A stretch of 32,000 bases of DNA from Planctopirus limnophila DSM 3776 (lineage in GTDB: Bacteria; Planctomycetota; Planctomycetia; Planctomycetales; Planctomycetaceae), in the NCBI RefSeq assembly GCF_000092105.1, contig NC_014148.1, forward strand, positions 4,140,001-4,172,000. Direction: 5' to 3'. Both the position numbers and the translations under genes were made by a program. Under the pieces are notes generated by a model, which saw only the letters and a program-made list of their open reading frames with translations, had not been told where the DNA came from and searched no databases. This document shows, piece after piece, positions 25,131 to 32,000 of this stretch. How positions within the stretch are numbered: position 1 is the stretch's first letter; each line of letters starts with the position of its first letter.

Positions 25131-25716
25131 ACTCATACGTTTCCCAGAAAATGACTGCGCGTTATTGGTTGTGAGAACATGCTTGCCCAGAGCTGCTGTC
25201 TTTTACACACATCTCTGTATTCAAGTGTGGCTGGAGACTGCGTGGCTTAGTACGGGGTGGCTGGGGTCAAACGTCCTCGTTTGCCCCCAGGTCATGGGAC
25301 TTTGATTGTTCATGGCGAACCTGTAGAAAATCAGAAAAGCTTGTTTTGGGTGCATTTGTGCTAGTGAATTCGATTGACCAGGGGGCGGATGAAGACATCC
25401 GACCCCTGCCACCCGAATATGAAAACATGACGTAGAAAGGCGTGAAGACCACGCCCTTCCGCAAAGCCTTCAGGGTCGTGCCACCCAAGAGCGTACCACC
25501 TAAGGACGGGCCACCCTAAGGTGGGAGTTGTGTGTGATAGACAGCCCAGAGCTACAAGCAGGGCACACAAAGCGGTCTTTTTTCATGGAAAACGAATGAG
25601 TTGGAGTTCACCCTCATCCCGGCCTTCTCCCGTCAGAACGGGAGAAGGAGTTGGAGGTCGATTTGCTCTCGCTCAATGGAAGATTTTCACGGGCAATGAC
25701 GGTCAGGCGATGGCAG

Positions 25717-27246
25717 TCAGGCGAGGATGGGGTGGATGACTTCGCCATGGACATCGGTCAGGCGGTAATCACGACCCTGGAAGCGATGAACCAGTTTCGT
25801 ATGGTCAAAGCCGAGCAGGTGCATGATGGTTGCCTGCACGTCGTGAATGTGCATTTTGTTTTCCGCCACGCGGAAGCCCAGATCGTCGGAGGCTCCATAC
25901 GAGAAGCTGCGCTTTACGCCACCACCTGCCATCCACATGGTGAAGCAATCGGGATAATGATCGCGGCCCAGGATGCCACCGCCCGAAGTTCGTCCTTCGC
26001 GGAAAGGTGTTCGACCAAATTCGCCGCCGCAAATGACCAGTGTGTCATCCAGCATGCCCCGCTGACGAAGATCCTTCAGCAGAGCGGCTATCGGCTTATC
26101 CATCGAGCGGCATTTGTTGGTGAGCCCATCACGAATATCTTCGCCGGGGCCTGTGCCGTGGAAATCCCAACCCCAGTCGAAGAGCTGCACAAAACGGACT
26201 CCCTGCTCGACGAGGCGGCGGGCCAGCAGACAATTATTGGCCAGCGAGGATTCGCCGGGTTTGGCGCCATAGGCCTCAATGACATCGGCGGGTTCTTTAG
26301 AGATATCCATCACCTCGGGGACTGAGGCCTGCATGCGGAAGGCCAGTTCATACTGCGCAATGCGTGTTAATGTCTCGGGATGACCTCCTTCGAGGGCCTG
26401 CAACTGATTCAGATCGCGCAGCGTATCGAGTGTCTGCCGGCGAAGCTGGCGATCCATCCCTGCCGGATCGGAAACATAGAGGACAGGATCGCCTTTGGAC
26501 CGGCACTGCACTCCCTGAAAGACCGAAGGTAAAAACCCGCTGCCAAAACTGCTCTTGCCACCATTGGGCTGCACACCACTGGAAATCAGCACCACAAACC
26601 CAGGCAGATTTTCACTTTCCGATCCTAATCCGTAGGTGACCCAAGAACCGAGCGAAGGCCGGCCCGCACGCGGCGACCCGGTCAGCAACAAGAGTTCGGC
26701 TGGAGCATGATTGAACTGATCGGTCGTTACGGCTTTGAGCATGCACAGCTCATCGGCCACTGTCTGCAGGTGAGGCAACGCATCGGACAGCCAGACGCCT
26801 CCTTCGCCATACTGAGCAAACTGGCGTGGTGTCCCGAGGAGTTTGGGAGTGCCCGAGGTGAAGGCGAATGTCTTACCTTTCAGATATTCATCGGGACATT
26901 CCTGCCCCGTCCGTTTGACCAGCTCGGGCTTGTAGTCGTAGAGATCAAGATGAGGAGGTGAACCGGTCAGGTGAATGTAAATGACTCGCTGGGCACTGGC
27001 CTGATGATGCGGCTGTCTGGGTGACATCGGATTCACAACCATCCCGGCAGGGACTCCGCCAGCAGCATTGCTGGCATCCGCAGCGTACGCCGCCCGAGGA
27101 AAACCTCCCAGTTGTGTGGCCAACGCCATGCTTCCCAATGAAAGGCCCGTTTGCCCGAGAAAATACCGCCGGGTTTGATATGCCAGTTGTTGAGCGAGGA
27201 AAGTGGATTCGGTCATGATCAAACTCCGGGGCAGAACATCGAGCAA
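25717..27246 (-). CDS. DUF1501 domain protein (sulfatase-fold, Tat-signal)
   Basis: Twin-arginine leader (TRRYFLGQTGLSLGSMALA). Conserved DUF1501 blocks: VIYIHLTGSPPHLDLYDYKP, WDFHG, VICGGEFGRTP, GRDHYP. Partner of the upstream DUF1553 gene. Confidence 0.9.
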   Translation of the reverse strand: MLDVLPRSLIMTESTFLAQQLAYQTRRYFLGQTGLSLGSMALATQLGGFPRAAYAADASNAAGGVPAGMVVNPMSPRQPHHQASAQRVIYIHLTGSPPHLDLYDYKPELVKRTGQECPDEYLKGKTFAFTSGTPKLLGTPRQFAQYGEGGVWLSDALPHLQTVADELCMLKAVTTDQFNHAPAELLLLTGSPRAGRPSLGSWVTYGLGSESENLPGFVVLISSGVQPNGGKSSFGSGFLPSVFQGVQCRSKGDPVLYVSDPAGMDRQLRRQTLDTLRDLNQLQALEGGHPETLTRIAQYELAFRMQASVPEVMDISKEPADVIEAYGAKPGESSLANNCLLARRLVEQGVRFVQLFDWGWDFHGTGPGEDIRDGLTNKCRSMDKPIAALLKDLRQRGMLDDTLVICGGEFGRTPFREGRTSGGGILGRDHYPDCFTMWMAGGGVKRSFSYGASDDLGFRVAENKMHIHDVQATIMHLLGFDHTKLVHRFQGRDYRLTDVHGEVIHPILA

Positions 27247-27297
27247 TAGAGGCCAGGGTATTCGAGCGAATTTGGGAGTCGATTCTCAGATGGATGA

Positions 27298-30200
27298 TCA
27301 CCGTTTCATTAACGCTTCATCCAGATTGAGAATCACATTGGCAATTGTCGTCCAGGCCGCTCGTTGTGCGACCTGGCTTTCTTCGATCTGTGAATCTCCG
27401 GCCAGTTGGCGGGCCTGCTTGAGATCCTGCTGGAATGTCTGCAGTGTCGATTCGTAGAGCTGTTTGACTTTGTTCGACTCCTCCGGTGTGGGCTGTCGAC
27501 AGAGAACTGTCGACCAGATCCACGCAATCTGTCCCTCAAGATCGGCGGGAGCTTCCTTCAGCATGCGTTGCGCCAGATGCTGTGACGCTTCGATGATCAC
27601 CGGATCGTTGAGTGTCACCAGAGCCTGCAGCGGTGTATTGGTTCGCACCCGCCGGAGATTGCAGACTTCCCGCGTGGGAGCATCGAAGGTAATCATCGAC
27701 GGATAAGGATTTGACCGCCGCCATTGCGTGTAAATCGCCCGGCGGTACTGGTCTTCACCCTGACTGGTCTCCCAATCGGTATTGCCACCGAAAGCGGCAT
27801 TCAGACCCAGCTTCGGCTGTGGAGGACGAACAGGTGGCCCGCCCATCTTGCGCGAGAGTAAGCCACTGACGAACAACGCCTGATCCCGCACCATTTCGGC
27901 ACTGAGCCGTAATCTGGGCCCGCGGGCGAGCCAGCGATTCTCGGGATCTGCCAGATAGGCTTCCTGAGTTGTGCGGGATGATTGCCGATACGTCTGGCTC
28001 ATCACGATGGTCTTGATAAACGCCTTCAGATCCCACTTCACACGATGCAATTCTGTGGCGAGCCAGTCGAGAAGTTCGGGGTGGCTGGGAAGCTCGCCTT
28101 GTGAGCCGAACTCTTCACTGGTTGAGACTAGACCCACGCCAAACAGATCTTCCCAGTATCGATTGGCAATCACACGGGCCGTGAGAGGATTGTCTGCACT
28201 CACGAGCCAGCGGGCCATTTCCAGGCGGTTATTGATCTGCTGATGACTTTGCGACATAAAGACTGCCGGTATGCCTGGCGAAACAGGTTCACCCAGATCC
28301 AGGTAATTGCCACGGAGCTGGACTCGGGTTTCTCGCGTTTGGCCCTGGGGAAGTTCGCTGTAGACCGGGACTGTGATCTGGCGGATGTTGGCCAGAGCTT
28401 TTTCGTCGTCGGCTTTTTGTTTGCGAACTGGTTCCAACGCAGGGTGCGCTTCGAGGAACGTTTTGACGAGCAGTTGATGATCGTCATCGGTGCGTTGATC
28501 GGCAGCTTTCGAGAGAGTTTCGCGGGCCGCAGCGGGATATTTCATCCAGGCGGTGACCTGAGGATCGGAGGTGGCCATGATCTGGAATGACCCCAGGAGA
28601 TGTTTGGCCTGACTGGATTGCTGACGGATCGTGATGACCCATGAGCCATCTCCCGGTGCCTGCCACGGTTCTGGAGGCAAGAGCATTAACTGATGACGTT
28701 TCTTATGTTGCCCGCCGACTGCCCAGCCTTGTTTGGGATCAATTTGCCCCGTAGAGAGCAGGCTTTCGGCAGAGAACCCCTTTTGTGAGTAATCGGCGAC
28801 CGCAATGGAAATCGGTAGACTGGTTTTCCCTCGCGGAGAAATCGAAATCTGTGGCGAGGGGACTGTCGCGGGAGCTTGAGAATAAACGACTTCTCGATTC
28901 TCACCCAGTAACTCGACGATGTACCCGGCGAGTCGCTGTTCGAGAGAGCCGTCGGTGCGGTTCCAGAGAACGATTTCATCGATCTCGGAGACTTGCTGCA
29001 GGTCAACCTCCCACCACGGATCTTGTGAAACAGCCGTGTGAGTGACGGAATTCTGATAGAAATCTCCCCCGGTGTTTCCATCCACGGCCCTTTCGGCAGC
29101 ACCTCCAAAATCGGTGGAACTTTGCCGGGCGGGTTTGTGGAGAGCCAGATTACTGGTATCGGGAACAGAAGCGTTGCGGCCCTTAACTTCGACTTCGGCC
29201 AGGTGAATCATCTTTCCTGCGCCCGGCAAACGAATACGCACAAAACGGGCCTGTGGAGCCTGCGTGCGGTCGGCTGGTTCAAACTGAGCTTCAATGCGGG
29301 AGATCACAAAGTTCCCGCCTCCATGCCCGGCACCACCACCGGGCAAAGCGGGATCGGGAATGGTTTCCAATCGCAAGCCGCCGATCGACTGGCCCGCTTT
29401 GGCTGGGATCGACAATGTATAGACATCCTGCGGGGCCGCTTCACGGGCTTCGATTCGCCCATCAGCCTGTACCGCCAGTTCCAAGCCACTTTCCCGTGAA
29501 AGCTTCTCGGGAATCAGAGCATGCCACTGGAGTGTTCGAGGAAAAGCGGTGTCCCAGGCCTGAAACTCGGCCACAAGATTTTCTGGCAGTGTCGAGAGAG
29601 TCTGTTCGTGCCGGGCAATCAGATCCTTCAAGCGCTGGCGCTCCGATTCCTGCTCGGGCGTGTACCAGCTTTCCAGCGGAGATTCATCCCGGCGATCGGC
29701 ATCGGCTGTATTGTTGAGCAGTGCGTAAAACTCGAAGTATTCCTTCTGCGAAAGTGGATCGTATTTGTGAGTGTGGCATTGAGCACACGCCATCGTCGTC
29801 CCCATCCACACGGCAAAGGTGGTATTCACACGGTCAACCACCGCCACAGTGCGGAACTCTTCGTCGTTGGTGCCCCCTTCGTTGTTGGTCAGAGTATTAC
29901 GATGAAATGCCGTCGCAATCCGCTGCTCCCGGGTGGCATTGGGAAGCAGATCGCCCGCCAGTTGCTCAATGGTGAATTGATCGAACGGTTTATTGCGATT
30001 CAATGATTCGATCACATAATCGCGATAGGCCCAGATGGTTCGTGGTGGATCATCGGCATAGCCGGCGGAATCGGCGTATCGCGCCAGATCGAGCCAGCGA
30101 TGAGCCCAGTGTTCCCCGTAAGCGGAACTGGCCAGCAATCGATCGACGACCTTTTCGTAGGCGTTGGAAGAGGTATCTTCAAGAAACGCCTGCAGCTCTT

Positions 30201-30885
30201 CACGCGTCGGCGGCAGGCCCGTTAAATCGAGGCTCACCCGTCGAATCAAGGCTTCGCGATCAGCTTCCGCAGCAGGTTTGAGATTCAACTCTTTGAGCTT
30301 TCGCTGAACCAGTTCATCAATTGCGCCGGCCATCACCGCTGGCGATTGATCCGGTTGATGCTGCGTGGCCACGATGACCGGACGCACGGGTTTGACATAG
30401 CTCCAGTGCGGCTCGTACTTCGCCCCTTCAGAAATCCACTTCTTGAGCAGATCCACTTCGCGGGGACTGAGTTTTCGCCCCACGGAAGGTGGCGGCATTA
30501 CCAGATCTGCGTCTGTCGAAAGGATGCGCTCGATCATCCCACTGGCTTCCGGGTGGCCCGCCTTGATGGCCTGAGCACCCCCACCCAGATCCGCAGTGGC
30601 TCCTTCGAATGTATCTAACCTCAATCCATCGGTGCCTCCCTTGCGGTCGGCTTCATCCGGGCCGTGGCAATGAAAGCAGGCATTGGAAAGGATCGGCTTG
30701 ATATCGCGCACAAAGCTGACAGATTCGGCCTGGGCGGATGGCACGAACGTTAGAAACGCGATTCCACAGCCGATGAATGATCCCAACCAGTGACTGGTGC
30801 TGTAACGAGCCATAGAAATTCTCAAAAAATGATTCGTCGTGGGTGCGAGGTCAAGAGGAACACCGTGGTTCGGAAGCAAGCTCAT
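27298..30885 (-). CDS. PSD1/PSCyt (planctomycete cytochrome c) - DUF1549 - F5/8 type C (discoidin) - DUF1553 protein
   Basis: Heme motif CFHCHGPDEADRKGG near the N-terminus, DUF1549 and DUF1553 blocks (CAQCHTHKYDP), and a central discoidin-like segment (ALHKPARQSSTDFGGAAERAVDGNTGG...WWEVDL). The likely true start is ATG at 30813 (MARYSTSHW..., signal peptide). Confidence 0.9.
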   Translation of the reverse strand: MSLLPNHGVPLDLAPTTNHFLRISMARYSTSHWLGSFIGCGIAFLTFVPSAQAESVSFVRDIKPILSNACFHCHGPDEADRKGGTDGLRLDTFEGATADLGGGAQAIKAGHPEASGMIERILSTDADLVMPPPSVGRKLSPREVDLLKKWISEGAKYEPHWSYVKPVRPVIVATQHQPDQSPAVMAGAIDELVQRKLKELNLKPAAEADREALIRRVSLDLTGLPPTREELQAFLEDTSSNAYEKVVDRLLASSAYGEHWAHRWLDLARYADSAGYADDPPRTIWAYRDYVIESLNRNKPFDQFTIEQLAGDLLPNATREQRIATAFHRNTLTNNEGGTNDEEFRTVAVVDRVNTTFAVWMGTTMACAQCHTHKYDPLSQKEYFEFYALLNNTADADRRDESPLESWYTPEQESERQRLKDLIARHEQTLSTLPENLVAEFQAWDTAFPRTLQWHALIPEKLSRESGLELAVQADGRIEAREAAPQDVYTLSIPAKAGQSIGGLRLETIPDPALPGGGAGHGGGNFVISRIEAQFEPADRTQAPQARFVRIRLPGAGKMIHLAEVEVKGRNASVPDTSNLALHKPARQSSTDFGGAAERAVDGNTGGDFYQNSVTHTAVSQDPWWEVDLQQVSEIDEIVLWNRTDGSLEQRLAGYIVELLGENREVVYSQAPATVPSPQISISPRGKTSLPISIAVADYSQKGFSAESLLSTGQIDPKQGWAVGGQHKKRHQLMLLPPEPWQAPGDGSWVITIRQQSSQAKHLLGSFQIMATSDPQVTAWMKYPAAARETLSKAADQRTDDDHQLLVKTFLEAHPALEPVRKQKADDEKALANIRQITVPVYSELPQGQTRETRVQLRGNYLDLGEPVSPGIPAVFMSQSHQQINNRLEMARWLVSADNPLTARVIANRYWEDLFGVGLVSTSEEFGSQGELPSHPELLDWLATELHRVKWDLKAFIKTIVMSQTYRQSSRTTQEAYLADPENRWLARGPRLRLSAEMVRDQALFVSGLLSRKMGGPPVRPPQPKLGLNAAFGGNTDWETSQGEDQYRRAIYTQWRRSNPYPSMITFDAPTREVCNLRRVRTNTPLQALVTLNDPVIIEASQHLAQRMLKEAPADLEGQIAWIWSTVLCRQPTPEESNKVKQLYESTLQTFQQDLKQARQLAGDSQIEESQVAQRAAWTTIANVILNLDEALMKR

Positions 30886-31449
30886 ATGGAGCCAGTACCG
30901 ATCATTACGTTCTTCGCAAGAGAATCGTCAGATCATCTTGCGGCGGTGGGAGATTCGCTGATCGCTCGGCGGAAAGCAGTCGGTTCACCGGCTCGCATTA
31001 CCACCACCTCTCAATTTGGCAGAAATCTCGCCAGAAGCTGCCGGAGAGGACAATCAGGTCATGTCAGAATATCACAAAGTTTCAGGGATTGAAAACAGGA
31101 AAAAGATCAAGCTGCCTGATCAATTCCCAAGAAGCACCTATGGGCAGGAAGGTGTGCTACAGAACTCTCCAGAGAATTTCTCCCTTTTGATGGGCCCGCC
31201 TCTGCCTTCAATCTCAAGCCATGCCCCCAAACATCTGTTCACGTTACATCCTATTGACCTCTTGAGAAGAGGGGCGTGCTTTCCCGGTGCGAAACCTCGA
31301 TTGTAAAACTCAAGTCACGAACGAATTTCTACGGAGAAATCCCTAACTGTCATGTTAGACTATCAATATGCCTTCTCTGGGCCAGTCGAATCTCCGTTAA
31401 GTGCTTCAAGCGTAACACCCTTCTGCCAGTGCTGATTGAGGCTCCCCTC

Positions 31450-32000
31450 ATGGCGACAATTGTCGATCGTTCGGATCCTTTGTCCTCTGCTGAGTTTGTG
31501 ACAGTTGACCCTGCGATGGCAGCACTGGTCGACAGGCGTCATCGCAAAATTGCCGACTGGCTCAAATCTCATCAGTTCGACGCTGCGTTGCTGACGGATC
31601 CCGCCAATCAGTCGTGGCTTTCGGCGGGTGCCGATTTTTCTGGTGCCGAGATGTCCGGCCCATCGACGGCGATGTTCGTGACTCCCGAATCGCGTGTGAT
31701 TGTCTGCCATAACGTGGCCTCTTCTCGAGTGTTCGAAACCTGTATTGGTGGCATGGGATTCCAGATCAAAGAGCGTCCGTGGTACGAACCACTTGAAGTC
31801 TTATTGGCGGATTTGTGCCGTAGCCGGAAGGTGGTGCTGGATCGCTTTGGCCCATTGGGCGAAGCCCGCACAGAGGCATTTCGTAATTTTCGCTGGCCAC
31901 TCGATGACCACGATGTGGAACAGCTCAAAATGGGTTCAAAAATCATAACTCATGCCGTTGAAGCGACTTGCCGCGGCTGGTATCCGGGAAAACGGGAATG
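31450..32000 (+). CDS. Partial ORF running off the window end; aminopeptidase P / M24 family N-terminal (creatinase_N-like) domain
   Basis: Hand translation: MATIVDRSDPLSSAEFVTVDPAMAALVDRRHRKIADWLKSHQFDAALLTDPANQSWLSAGADFSG...AMFVTPESRVIVCHN...ERPWYEPLEVLLADLCRSRKVVLD. The layout resembles the non-catalytic N-domain of the Xaa-Pro peptidase family, but the catalytic domain is not in the window. GTG at 31429 is an alternative start. Confidence 0.5.
   Translation, partial: MATIVDRSDPLSSAEFVTVDPAMAALVDRRHRKIADWLKSHQFDAALLTDPANQSWLSAGADFSGAEMSGPSTAMFVTPESRVIVCHNVASSRVFETCIGGMGFQIKERPWYEPLEVLLADLCRSRKVVLDRFGPLGEARTEAFRNFRWPLDDHDVEQLKMGSKIITHAVEATCRGWYPGKRE

Noticed and set aside
25651-26325. 224-aa + strand ORF, and similar long antisense ORFs inside the sulfatase, ggt, HK and PSD1 genes
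   Set aside because: They lie fully inside strongly supported opposite-strand genes with clear family motifs. These are the typical shadow ORFs of moderately GC-rich DNA.

Overview
The window looks like a chromosomal segment of a Planctomycetota (Planctomycetaceae-type) genome. This is inferred from gene content: a PSD1/DUF1549/DUF1553 cytochrome-c protein paired with a DUF1501 protein, an EF-hand sulfatase, a proline-rich protein with a TIGR03000-like tail, and many FHA/GAF/PP2C and HK sensors. Positions 1-17.6 kb are ordinary core and sensory genes: hemC (partial), comF-family, an HpnE-like FAD oxidoreductase, sulfatase, ggt, a SAM methyltransferase, small membrane proteins, a heme-c (CLDCH) sensor histidine kinase coupled to an FHA-GAF-PP2C phosphatase, and a PAP2 phosphatase. 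One visibly AT-rich orphan islet sits at 3.3-4.2 kb. A tRNA-Ser(GCU) at 17911-17999, with its own promoter-like site and intrinsic terminator, marks a sharp change. From 18.3 to 25.1 kb, eight co-oriented (+) ORFs of unrelated predicted function follow one another: DUF4062/TIR-like plus helical domain, PPP-type metallophosphoesterase, HD-like DUF5662-like, orphan, double zinc-ribbon, SRPBCC, orphan, and secreted nucleoside hydrolase. Each is followed by a member of one of two related intergenic repeat families. T1 is about 80-90 bp and T2 about 195 bp; several copies begin with an AATGCACCCGAG-like prefix just after the stop codon. This cassette-array-like architecture at a tRNA gene is the most unusual feature. 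It has no recombinase in the window and no canonical attC core sites that I can see. The right side (25.7-30.9 kb) is a typical planctomycete DUF1501 plus PSD1/DUF1553 pair. The window ends in a partial M24/creatinase_N-like gene. All calls come from reading the supplied translations, my own hand translations and hand alignments; no database search was run.
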